A DNA stretch of 64,000 nucleotides from an uncultured Candidatus Bathyarchaeia archaeon (lineage in GTDB: Archaea; Thermoproteota; Bathyarchaeia; Bathyarchaeales; Bathycorpusculaceae): assembly GCA_964535965.1 (NCBI GenBank), contig CAZHWZ010000005.1, positions 37 to 64,036 on the forward strand, in the 5' to 3' direction. Numbering within the stretch: the stretch's first letter is position 1; every line of letters starts with the position of its first letter. Below the pieces are notes generated by a model. The model worked only from the letters and a program-made list of their open reading frames with translations, was not told the DNA's origin and made no database searches. Made by a program: the position numbers and the translations under genes. Shown here one piece after another: positions 28,460 to 37,459 of this stretch.

Positions 28460-30121
28460 TTGCGAAAGTACATAACCAGTTTCATTGGCGGATTAGTCAT
28501 ACTCTGTGTGATTACTTGGCTAATCATTAATTTCGTGGAATATCCAGAGGTTAAAAATCTTCCCTTGTACACTTTCAGCACAGTTTCTAGAATTGTGATT
28601 ACACTTTTGATTTCGGTTGCTTGGGGAATTTCCTTCGGTATACTGGCTGCTACAAACAGAGTGGCGTCGCTTGTTCTTACACCTTTCATAGACCTTTTGC
28701 AGTCGATTCCCATACTTGGATATTTCCCAATGGTCATTGGTTTTCTATTCGCATTAGGCCCGTTAGGCGTTGAGCTTTCCGTAATTATCTTGCTCTTCAC
28801 ATCTATGGCGTGGGCTATCTTCTTTGGAGTGCTAGGAGCCGTTCGGAGTATCCCAACAAACGTTGTCGAATCGGCGCGAAGCTTTGGTTTAACAGGATGG
28901 CGATACATTAGGCACGTAGTTTTGCCTGCAATTGCCCCTGCAGTGGTTTCGGGAGCAAACCTCGCATGGTGCGATGGCTGGTTCTTTATGATTGCCGCGG
29001 AGTACATCCAATACAAAGGTACTGTCGTGACGCCACCTTCTGGCGGATTGGGTTACCTCCTTGCAAGGTCTGCCTACTTTTATAAGGACATGAATCTTTC
29101 CATAATCCTGCTATTATTCATAACTTTTATTGTCGTATACTTTAACACTCTAACTTGGCACAGGCTCATGGAGAGAGCTAGTACAGGCACTTTTAAACCT
29201 GTCTTTAGAATGGATCTTTCTGGAGTCGGAAAGCTGGGGATTTCAAAGGCGACTAGTTGGCTACGTTTAAGATTCCATTGGCCAAAATCTTTTTCTATCG
29301 CTTCTCAACGCTTGCGAAAATATACCCACATCGAAAGGATTATTGCTACGGCTTTGGCTTTTTCAGCTATTTTCTTTGTTTTGTACTTGGTATTCGGCCA
29401 ATTTCCAACATTAACAACAATTCGTGGAGGATTCAGCGAACCGCCTGCAGAAGAACTCAGCCGTCTGCCAATGTTGATTGCCCTAACTATGGGAAGGCTT
29501 ACAATAGCCTATGGACTTTCTCTTGTAGTGGCCATCGGTATGGGGGTTCTGGCTGCAGAGCACAAGAAATTCGCAGCCGTGTTCTATCCACTTTACGATA
29601 TTGGACAAGGAGTACCGATTCTTGCATTATTTCCAGTTATTTTTCTTGGGCTAAACCAACTCATTGGAATCCCAGGAATTGCCCTTGAACTTACGTGTAT
29701 CATAATGCTGGTTCTCGACATGATATGGTACATGTTCCTAAACATTGTGAGCGCGGTGAAAAACATTCCCACCGAAATAAATGAGGTTGGTCAACTCTTC
29801 GGATTTAAAGGCTTAAAGAGAATAACGCACTTAGTGATTCCATCCATACTGCCATCCATAGTAACAGGAAGCATACTTTCATGGGGGACAGGCTGGAACA
29901 CAATAATATTTGCAGAATACATGCCTTCAACAGAGCCCACAGTACCACCACTTTCAGTTCCAGGTATCGGCTCGCTACTAGATAAAGCAGGATATGAATA
30001 TGGAAACACCGTAATTCTCATTTTTCTACTAGGCATAGTCGCAGCAATCGTGCTTTCCATGGAAGGACTTGTTTGGAGGCGTTTGCTTAGAAAATTTGAA
30101 AAATACCATGTAGAGGTGTAA
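28460..30121 (+). CDS. ABC transporter permease, tandem-fused double permease (NitT/TauT-like)
   Basis: Two EAA-type loops: VVESARSFGLTGWRYIRHVVLPAIAPAVVSG and INEVGQLFGFKGLKRITHLVIPSILPSIVTG. 553 aa with about 12 TM helices. Confidence 0.8.
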   Translation: MRKYITSFIGGLVILCVITWLIINFVEYPEVKNLPLYTFSTVSRIVITLLISVAWGISFGILAATNRVASLVLTPFIDLLQSIPILGYFPMVIGFLFALGPLGVELSVIILLFTSMAWAIFFGVLGAVRSIPTNVVESARSFGLTGWRYIRHVVLPAIAPAVVSGANLAWCDGWFFMIAAEYIQYKGTVVTPPSGGLGYLLARSAYFYKDMNLSIILLLFITFIVVYFNTLTWHRLMERASTGTFKPVFRMDLSGVGKLGISKATSWLRLRFHWPKSFSIASQRLRKYTHIERIIATALAFSAIFFVLYLVFGQFPTLTTIRGGFSEPPAEELSRLPMLIALTMGRLTIAYGLSLVVAIGMGVLAAEHKKFAAVFYPLYDIGQGVPILALFPVIFLGLNQLIGIPGIALELTCIIMLVLDMIWYMFLNIVSAVKNIPTEINEVGQLFGFKGLKRITHLVIPSILPSIVTGSILSWGTGWNTIIFAEYMPSTEPTVPPLSVPGIGSLLDKAGYEYGNTVILIFLLGIVAAIVLSMEGLVWRRLLRKFEKYHVEV

Positions 30122-30124
30122 ACC

Positions 30125-30946
30125 TTGTCGGTGCTTGAAGTAGAAAACGTGACAAAAACATTCGCAATGGAGAAATCCAAAATCTTGGTCTTAGACAACG
30201 TAAGTTTTTCAGTTGGAAACGACGAGTTTTCCTGCTTAGTTGGGCCTTCAGGCTGCGGAAAATCCACCATGCTCAGAATAATTGCAGGCCTAGAAAAAGC
30301 TGATTCGGGCAAAATACTATTCCGAGGACAACCTATTACTAAACCTACACCAAAGATTGCCATGGTCTTTCAACTTTTCGGCCTATTGCCATGGAAAACT
30401 GCGTTAGAAAATGTTGAAGTGCCATTGGAAGTGCTTGGCATGGAAAAGGAAAAGCGAAAACACATTGCTGAGGAGTACTTGAAAATGGTTGGGCTTGAAG
30501 GTTTCGAAAACACTTATCCCCACGACCTTTCAGGCGGAATGAAGCAACGCGTCGGGATTGCAAGAGCGCTAGCCTTGAAACCAGAAGTCTTGCTGATGGA
30601 TGAGCCTTTCTCTTCGCTTGATGAACTCACCGCCAAAACCCTCCGTGAGTTAGTGCTTGACATTTGGCGAAATCCCGCTTTGCCGACAAACACCTTCATA
30701 ATGGTGAGCCACAATGTCGAAGAAGCGGTGTTTATGGCAGACAGAGTTATAGTGATGTCGCCTAGGCCAGGAAAAGTTGTAGGAGAAGTGAAAATTGACA
30801 TTCCAAGACCCCGCACCAAATATTTGAGGAATCATGCATATTTTAGATTGGTAGATGAGGTTGTAGAACTGCTGGAAAAAGGCAAAACCAAAGCAAAAGA
30901 TGAAAGTCCTTTATCGTTAACAGTAGACCGAACAAACATTTTTTAA
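30125..30946 (+). CDS. ABC transporter ATP-binding protein (NitT/TauT-like)
   Basis: Walker A GPSGCGKST, signature LSGGMKQRVGIARAL, Walker B LLMDEPFSSLD. Confidence 0.9.
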   Translation: MSVLEVENVTKTFAMEKSKILVLDNVSFSVGNDEFSCLVGPSGCGKSTMLRIIAGLEKADSGKILFRGQPITKPTPKIAMVFQLFGLLPWKTALENVEVPLEVLGMEKEKRKHIAEEYLKMVGLEGFENTYPHDLSGGMKQRVGIARALALKPEVLLMDEPFSSLDELTAKTLRELVLDIWRNPALPTNTFIMVSHNVEEAVFMADRVIVMSPRPGKVVGEVKIDIPRPRTKYLRNHAYFRLVDEVVELLEKGKTKAKDESPLSLTVDRTNIF

Positions 30947-30967
30947 GAAACATTCCCGCATGAGGCG

Positions 30968-32605
30968 CTAAGCATAAGTTTTGGAGTATGCTACTGCGAA
31001 GGCTTCATATTCCTTTTCTGAAAACCAACCTTCCTCTTTGAGTTTTTTCAGCCCATTTCTGATTGATTCCAACATGGAACTAGCCTTTAACATGTTAGCT
31101 TTATCGCCCGTCTCATGTATCTCTCTCTCAAAAACCGCGTTTTGCTCAATTAATATAGGAACCCTGTTTAGGAGTGGGGTTATGGCTTTGAAGCGAGGGA
31201 CAAGGAGTTGCTTAACCTTCGCTTTGCCCAATGCGCCCTTTAGCTTTGCCGAAAAACCTATGCTGTTTACCAGAGATGGTGGAAAAAGCACATAACGCTT
31301 TTTCATTTTGGCTTGATAACACGCCAGATGGAAGGGTATGTAAATTAAGCCGTAATTTTTTTGTTTCTGCTGGATGCCCAACTTCTCAAAATCTGCAAGG
31401 TTTGCTTCTCTTAATTTCGCCATGTTGTCAATCTGTTGAATTATTGCTGAGGTCAGACTCTCCAGTTTCTCTATTTCTTGCCTATGAATCTGAATCTTCG
31501 CGTCACGGGAAGCCTCAAGTTCCAGCAAATCCTTCCTCGCTTCCTTAATTTTAGCTTCCCATTCCGACCTCAGTCTAAAAGTTTCAAGTGATTTACTTTC
31601 TTCTATTCCCTTTATCTTCCCTTCAGTTTCCCTTAATTTGGCTTCAGTGTCAGAGAGCTCCTTTTTGCTTTCATCGGCTTTTTCTTTCCATTTCCGTTCG
31701 CCAACAAGGTCTTTATTGGTTGCGCACGTTTTTGCTTCCAGCTTGCAGCGTTCAATCTTGTTGAGTGTTTGTTCCTTGGTTTTTTCAAGTTTGACTTTCT
31801 CTTTTTGCAAGGGAAGAAGCTGTTCTTCAAAATTTTTTGTCAGTTTTGTTATTTGCTCGTCGTATTCCTCGTTTATGCGGTTAACCTTCGGTGTTATGAT
31901 GCTTTCTTTTTCCTTGATTTCATTGTCGAATTCCTCTTTAATTGCCTTTATCTTGCCGCGAACTGTTTTAACGAAGTTGCGGGTTGTTTTGTTGAGGAGT
32001 TTCATGCTGTCGTAGAGGGTTTTAACGTCTTCTTTGAACTCTAATTTTAGGTTTTCAAGCTCTTGTGTTATGGATGAAATTGTGGATTCGTCTATTGTTG
32101 GCGGCAAGAACGTTATTTCGGGTAATGGCGTCTCAACCTGTTTGGCCTCGGAAAGGTATAGGTTAAACTCGTTAAGAAAATCTGGTTCTGTAATGAGAGC
32201 ATCTATCACCATTGCCTTTTCGCCACTTGATGCCTTGAAATAGTTAACGTTGTCGGATAGAAAAGCCGCAAAGGTTTCCATTGTTTTTGAACTTCTCTGC
32301 ACATTTTCCATGAAAATTTTAACGTCTGGAATAGTTCTATAAGTTAAAGTGTGGACTGTTGTTTTTAGCCCGTCGAAGATTAGACTTAATTCGCTCCAAG
32401 GAAGAAGCCACAAGGGATAACAAAACGCAGCTAAGAAAACCAGCTTTTCTGCAGGCTTTTTTAATATTAAACCTCCACCCTTTTCCCGCTCCAACTCAGC
32501 GAAACAATAAATTGCAGCCCTTTCCATTTCCTCTGAGAATGGCTCGGTGCGATTTTCGGATAGAACCGAAAAAGGGAGAATGAATCTTGAAATTTTTTGA
32601 GACAA
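30968..32605 (-). CDS. large coiled-coil protein of unknown function
   Basis: 545 aa. Globular ends flank a central heptad region of about 230 aa that is rich in Lys and Glu. TTG start. Confidence 0.5.
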   Translation of the reverse strand: MSQKISRFILPFSVLSENRTEPFSEEMERAAIYCFAELEREKGGGLILKKPAEKLVFLAAFCYPLWLLPWSELSLIFDGLKTTVHTLTYRTIPDVKIFMENVQRSSKTMETFAAFLSDNVNYFKASSGEKAMVIDALITEPDFLNEFNLYLSEAKQVETPLPEITFLPPTIDESTISSITQELENLKLEFKEDVKTLYDSMKLLNKTTRNFVKTVRGKIKAIKEEFDNEIKEKESIITPKVNRINEEYDEQITKLTKNFEEQLLPLQKEKVKLEKTKEQTLNKIERCKLEAKTCATNKDLVGERKWKEKADESKKELSDTEAKLRETEGKIKGIEESKSLETFRLRSEWEAKIKEARKDLLELEASRDAKIQIHRQEIEKLESLTSAIIQQIDNMAKLREANLADFEKLGIQQKQKNYGLIYIPFHLACYQAKMKKRYVLFPPSLVNSIGFSAKLKGALGKAKVKQLLVPRFKAITPLLNRVPILIEQNAVFEREIHETGDKANMLKASSMLESIRNGLKKLKEEGWFSEKEYEAFAVAYSKTYA

Positions 32606-33085
32606 ATTTTCACCATTTTAAATGTTAATGACGGGTTAGTTTAAATCTTTTATGAATATTTCCAGTTTTATGTTGTAGCTTTTTGATTCCGTGACTAAGG
32701 CAATCGTGTCGAAACGTTTCAAATCAAAAGCACCGCATCATTTAATGAAAGCTTATGTTAAAAAATGGGGATATTTGGTCTAGCGCGGTTGATTATTTAC
32801 TTCGTTTTCTTTGTCTTCCCCTTTTTCTTCTTTGTTTTACATCCAGCCACGATTGCGACCTCAAACCTATAATTGCTCGTGATTTCTATAAAAAATTTTC
32901 TATCCGCTTGTAACATTGACTTATTTTTCAAAAATCTGTCAAAACGTAATTATTAATCAGAAAAATGGAATGTAGCGTCCCTCAACCGCTGTTTGGCTAT
33001 TTTTCTGCCTTTCGCTTAATGGAATGCTCACAGTGGCGATAATTGCTACAGCTAAATTCTTATATAGTGTGATTTTAAATGAAAT

Positions 33086-33328
33086 ATGTCCCAGAGTGAA
33101 TGCTTCTTGCGTCGTAAATGGCAAGGCTTACCAAAGCTTGTAGCTATGGTCGGCGGCTTTCTGATAATGATAGGGATAATTCTACTGGGTGTAGCCGTTC
33201 TAGCTCTTATTGGCTATTTGAATGCCGGCGTGCTGCTTGAAAATAAATACCTATTAACATTTGCTCTTGTAATGGCTGCGGTTGGTTTGCTCGATACTTT
33301 TTCCGCGATTATTATCGCTCGCTGGTGA
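33086..33328 (+). CDS. small two-TM membrane protein
   Basis: 80 aa with two hydrophobic helices. First of three similar small ORFs around the permease. Confidence 0.45.
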   Translation: MSQSECFLRRKWQGLPKLVAMVGGFLIMIGIILLGVAVLALIGYLNAGVLLENKYLLTFALVMAAVGLLDTFSAIIIARW

Positions 33329-33335
33329 TAATTGA

Positions 33336-33557
33336 ATGGGAAAGGCTAGAAGAGTAGTTTCACAGCTTGTTGGAGGAATTCAATGCGGGTTAGGCGCACT
33401 GGCCTCAGTCTCCGCCTTTCTAGTTTATGCAAGCCCGTCAATGCGAGAAGCCCTAGCCATGACTTCTGAAGAGGTTTACCTATACATGTTTCTATTCTTA
33501 GTTTTCGGCATACTGTCGATATTGAGTGGATTACTTCTTTTTCGTGAAGAAAAATAG
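33336..33557 (+). CDS. small two-TM membrane protein
   Basis: 73 aa with two helices, ending LSGLLLFREEK. Confidence 0.45.
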   Translation: MGKARRVVSQLVGGIQCGLGALASVSAFLVYASPSMREALAMTSEEVYLYMFLFLVFGILSILSGLLLFREEK

Positions 33558-33563
33558 CAGGAA

Positions 33564-35042
33564 TTGACAATGGGAGAAATACGCCTCAAAAGGGAACTTG
33601 GGCTCCTTCAGGCAACAATGATGGGAATAGGAGGTGCCATTTGCGCAGGGGTTTTTGTAACCTTAGGCTATGCTGCAACTCTTGCAGGCACAGCCCTTAT
33701 AATCGCCATGATTTTATGCGGAATTATAAACTTGTTCACAATGCTCAGCTACGCTGAACTCGGCGCAGCTATCCCCAGTGCAGGAGGCGAATACACCTTC
33801 GCTAAGGCGTCATTCGGCGGCTTCGTCTCTTTCGCAACAGGCTGGTTTGAATGGATAAGTAACATGTTCTACGCAGCCTTCTCTGCCGTTGGCTTTGCAT
33901 ATCTAGTATCCTACGTCATTCCAACAATTAATATACCATTAACTGCTGCAATAACGGTTGCAATATTCACTTTGATCAACATCAAGGGCGTGAAAGAGAC
34001 GGGACTAACTCAAACAGCGTTAGTAATGATTTTGCTGGCTATTTTAGGCATATTCGTTTTCTGGGGCATCTTAACCAGCCAAGGCACTAATAGCTTAGAG
34101 TTTAAAGCACCAGAAGGCTTTTTTGGGGTGCTTAGAGCATCAGCCTTTATATTTGTAGTATATTTAGGAGGGGAAGCCATAGCGGTGGCACAAGCAGAAA
34201 TTAAGAATCCTGGCAAAACGATTCCAAGAGCTATAATGGTGTCAAGCTTAGCCTTAATTTTTATCTATACTACGATAGCCTACGTCGTGTTTAAGATTGT
34301 TCCTCCAGAAAGCTTGGCTGGTCAAGCATCACCTCTCGCTTATGTGGCAGAGCAGTTTATGGGACCTCTTGGTGTCGGCATAATTACGATTGCTGGAATT
34401 ATTGCTGCATTGTCTTCGGTCAACACTTCAATTATGGCTCATTCAAGAGTTGCCTATGCGCTGGCTAGAGACGGCTATTTTCCCAAAGCTTTTTTCAATC
34501 TTCATGAACGTTTCCGTACCCCCCTTATAGCGATTTTGATAGGTTCAGTCTTTGTCGCAATGTTTGCGGCAACGGGAATTGTGAACTTTGTTACTTATGC
34601 CACTGATTTTGGCTTCATAATCGGCTTCATTTTTGTCAATCTTTCCCTGATTAAGCTGCGTAGAGACAAACCAAACTTAGTGAGACCTTTCAAAGTTCCG
34701 CTTTATCCTTTAACGCCCATCTTAGGAATAGTTACTTCGCTGTTGCTAATCTTCTTTTTAGAGCCAAGCACATTATTCATAGGCGCAGAACTGTTCATTT
34801 TCGGCCTTATAGCCTACTACATAAGAATAGTGGGGTATTACCGAATTTGCCTCGCTGTTGGTGGAATGAACCTTGGCATAAGCGCGTTTTCGGCACTCCT
34901 TGCCTATCTGATAATATCAAATTCTCTGCCGATAACATTGTCCCAAAATATGGCATCGCTGCTTTTTGGGGTCGCCGCTTTTATTAGTGTAACTTACCTA
35001 ATCGCAGGTTTCCTTAACATTACTAGAAAGGTGGGTGAATAA
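33564..35042 (+). CDS. APC-superfamily amino acid permease with extra C-terminal helices
   Basis: LGLLQATMMGIGGAICAGVFV at the N-terminus and about 14 TM helices. Confidence 0.8.
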   Translation: MTMGEIRLKRELGLLQATMMGIGGAICAGVFVTLGYAATLAGTALIIAMILCGIINLFTMLSYAELGAAIPSAGGEYTFAKASFGGFVSFATGWFEWISNMFYAAFSAVGFAYLVSYVIPTINIPLTAAITVAIFTLINIKGVKETGLTQTALVMILLAILGIFVFWGILTSQGTNSLEFKAPEGFFGVLRASAFIFVVYLGGEAIAVAQAEIKNPGKTIPRAIMVSSLALIFIYTTIAYVVFKIVPPESLAGQASPLAYVAEQFMGPLGVGIITIAGIIAALSSVNTSIMAHSRVAYALARDGYFPKAFFNLHERFRTPLIAILIGSVFVAMFAATGIVNFVTYATDFGFIIGFIFVNLSLIKLRRDKPNLVRPFKVPLYPLTPILGIVTSLLLIFFLEPSTLFIGAELFIFGLIAYYIRIVGYYRICLAVGGMNLGISAFSALLAYLIISNSLPITLSQNMASLLFGVAAFISVTYLIAGFLNITRKVGE

Positions 35043-35045
35043 ATT

Positions 35046-35318
35046 ATGTCGGAACGAGAGGAGGAACGCCTTTTAAAGAATACGATTGAAGAAGAACGAT
35101 TTCAAATTGGCAACATCGTCCGAAGACTGGGCTCAAAACTAAGTGGGTTAATGATTACCTGTGGCTTTTTGGTTTTTGTTTTCGGCATTTATCTGTTGAT
35201 TGCGCCCCCAGACCCCGTCCTTTCAGCAAGACTACAAATTGTATTTACTGGTGCGTTGGGCTTCGTTGGTGGCTTGAACATTTTATGCGGCTTGTTGCTG
35301 CTGTTAGGAGAAGATTAA
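35046..35318 (+). CDS. small two-TM membrane protein
   Basis: 90 aa, ending LCGLLLLLGED. Starts 4 nt after the permease stop. Confidence 0.45.
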   Translation: MSEREEERLLKNTIEEERFQIGNIVRRLGSKLSGLMITCGFLVFVFGIYLLIAPPDPVLSARLQIVFTGALGFVGGLNILCGLLLLLGED

Positions 35319-36592
35319 TCGCTTCGCCGCTTTGCTAAAAAGTCTGTTATCTTCTTTTGGAATAACGCATTCTTCAAGAGCTCGCTTCTCATTATCCATT
35401 TTTGTAATGGAATTTGGAATTGACATGCAATGAATTTTAAGGCTTCATCCATGGTGTTGAAAGATAAAGGCTTTTGTCGCATGGCGTTTCTAACGTTTTC
35501 TCTCACCTGCCAGACGCCAACAGGCATGATATAGCCGGGATGTGCCTCTCTTAAAACGACAACCGTTGCCTGTCGCTTTTCCTTTACTAGTTGTTCGCAG
35601 ACAGCTAGGCGTGCAGCGTAGTAACATCCGCCTATTTCCGCATAAGTTGTCCTCCCATCGTAACCTTCCCACGCTGAATACACGAAAACACTCCTACCAT
35701 GGGGATTCCAGACGGTGCCGGGGTACCATGCTTCTATGATCTCGTAACTCCACGCTCCCGGAATCATAATAACTTCAAAAATGTTGTCTAAATAGCGGGA
35801 TTCATAGATGCGATATTCGCTTATTTCAGGAAAAGCCTTCACTTTTTCCAATAGTTCCTTTGAGATTATGCTGTCCACGGCTGTTATGCTCCAACGTGTT
35901 GGCACGAGCCGTCTGTTCGGCTTTAAGCCGAAGGCGCCGACGCTGAAGGCCCTTTGAATTTTTGTGACCAATACACCTTTGCCGTAAAGCTCCAGAACGG
36001 CTTCTGTGGCTTTCAGGTCCGTGTCGCTGTACGCTCTTTCTATTTTGTGGTCCCAGCGAGCATTTCCCACATACAAGTCTCTGATTGGTGCTGAAGGGCC
36101 GAATGGTTGAACTTCGTCGTCTAGGAGTATGAAGCCGCTTGGCTTCTTCTTCAACAACAGCTCCACATCTACTGGATTCGTTGCCAAGGCTAGTTCCCGA
36201 GTTTTCTCAATTATTTTTCCAGCTTCTTGAAATCTCCGCACGTGCACGCGGTGTTTGCCACGGATAAGCATAGAGCGGAAACCAACAATTTCGTCTATTG
36301 TTTTCCCAAACCAGAACTCTGGCAAATCATATAGGCTTGTATCCTCTCGAACAGGCGGCACAAGAGGCCCAGCGTAAACGTATGGATACCCTATTCTGCC
36401 TACGAAGACGCTGGGCGGTGAGGCTCCGGCGATGTCTTCGCTTTGCATCAGTGGGATGCTTTTCAGAAAATAATTCGCCTTAACAATTATTGGACATCTG
36501 GTTTTGCCGCACAGGAATCTTGAGCCTTTACACGCCACGCATAAGCCGCTTTTTGAAGCTTTGGCAATGATCTGGCTTTCATCATAATTCAT
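35315..36592 (-). CDS. archaeal Nre-family DNA repair protein with C-terminal PIP box
   Basis: N-terminal Cys cluster CVACKGSRFLCGKTRCP and a long conserved body as in the Nre (DUF650/DUF651) family, from memory. C-terminal QKKITDFL fits Q-x-x-(I/L/M)-x-x-(F/Y)-(F/Y/L). Start placed at ATG 36592 (MNYDESQ..). Confidence 0.65.
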   Translation of the reverse strand: MNYDESQIIAKASKSGLCVACKGSRFLCGKTRCPIIVKANYFLKSIPLMQSEDIAGASPPSVFVGRIGYPYVYAGPLVPPVREDTSLYDLPEFWFGKTIDEIVGFRSMLIRGKHRVHVRRFQEAGKIIEKTRELALATNPVDVELLLKKKPSGFILLDDEVQPFGPSAPIRDLYVGNARWDHKIERAYSDTDLKATEAVLELYGKGVLVTKIQRAFSVGAFGLKPNRRLVPTRWSITAVDSIISKELLEKVKAFPEISEYRIYESRYLDNIFEVIMIPGAWSYEIIEAWYPGTVWNPHGRSVFVYSAWEGYDGRTTYAEIGGCYYAARLAVCEQLVKEKRQATVVVLREAHPGYIMPVGVWQVRENVRNAMRQKPLSFNTMDEALKFIACQFQIPLQKWIMRSELLKNALFQKKITDFLAKRRSD

Positions 36593-36746
36593 GTCAGATG
36601 CAAAGCCTGATTCTTTTAGAATGTCAAGTAACCAGACACTTGGGGAACCTTTATCTGAACACCTACGTGAAAAACTCAACTTTTATCATTCAACTAATAA
36701 GAAGCACAGTCTCATATGCTTTCTTATTGGGCAATTCAAAATTAAA

Positions 36747-36853
36747 TGGCGCCCTGGCCGGGATTTGAACCCGGTTCTAGTCACAGAGTAAATTCTCCAT
36801 GATGTCCAGCGGGCGACAGCCGCTTATACTAGACCGGACTATACTACCAGGGC
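36747..36853 (-). tRNA. tRNA-Asp (GTC) with an insert of about 28 nt between the anticodon stem and the T stem; CCA encoded
   Basis: Minus strand GCCCTGG TA GTAT AGTCCGGTCTA GTAT A AGCGG CTGTCGC CCGCT [33 nt] CCGGG TTCAAAT CCCGG CCAGGGC G CCA. All four stems pair. 33 nt sit where 5 are expected. Confidence 0.85.
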
Positions 36854-37186
36854 TGCCAAATGGCCAAGACGCCAAAATCAATCAAGACAAACGTTCCAAA
36901 TAAACTTTATTCGCTCTTTAATGGCGCCGGGAATTAGGTTTACATCTCGGTTTAAATTCTCGGCGAATTTTGTATAGAGAGGAACTTGGGCATCCCTTTT
37001 CTCTTCACCAGAAACCTACTGTAGGTTTAAGGTCAAGAATACCGGTTTAACGAAAGGGCAGAAAACGGGAGTTCGAACTTCCCCCTGGCTACCATCTTGA
37101 AATCTTATTCTAAGGTCTTTTGTAGCACAGTTGTTTTTCGTCATCTAATAGTAGTGTCTGCCGTGCTCTGTGTTTTTTGTGCACGC

Positions 37187-37447
37187 CTACTTCAATGCTT
37201 CTGGGATTGGAATAGCTAGGTTCCTCTCTATCTCGGCGACTGGAGCCACTTCGGCTGTAATGTACTTGGCAGCTGTTTGAGGGTCAGAGGCCTCGTATAG
37301 AATCGCTACATCGTATCTGCCAAAGAGAAGATAGGTGCCATGAACTTTGATGCCCTTGGGAACCTTGAGGCCTTTCTTAAAAGTTTCTAAGAAAGCTTGG
37401 CGGTCTGCCGAGGATGGGAGGGCTTTGATAAGAGCTAGAATGAACAA
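37187..37447 (-). CDS. GYD-domain protein
   Basis: 86 aa. GTYLLFGRYDVAILYEASDPQTAAKY matches the GYD family signature. Confidence 0.65.
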   Translation of the reverse strand: MFILALIKALPSSADRQAFLETFKKGLKVPKGIKVHGTYLLFGRYDVAILYEASDPQTAAKYITAEVAPVAEIERNLAIPIPEALK

Positions 37448-37459
37448 GGTCCCACCATG

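Noticed and set aside
32755-32931. 58-codon ORF in the 480-bp gap (MLKNGDIWSSAVDYLLRFLCLPLFLLCF..)
   Set aside because: No ribosome-binding site noticed, composition driven by the T-rich strand, and no motif.
36922-36931. 10-nt direct repeat of the tRNA-Ser 3' end (tggcgccggg at 36922 and 38695) as att sites of an element covering 36.9-38.7 kb
   Set aside because: The repeat is only 10 nt. No integrase lies between the copies, and the enclosed genes (GYD, HTH_10) are not mobile-element hallmarks. A chance match is plausible.
37066-37094. T-arm-like hairpin plus ..CCTGGCTACCA as a split-tRNA 3' half
   Set aside because: The 53:61 position would be G:U rather than G:C. No complementary 5' acceptor strand (AGCCAGG) is nearby and no anticodon arm is present. 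I kept it only as a structured intergenic region.
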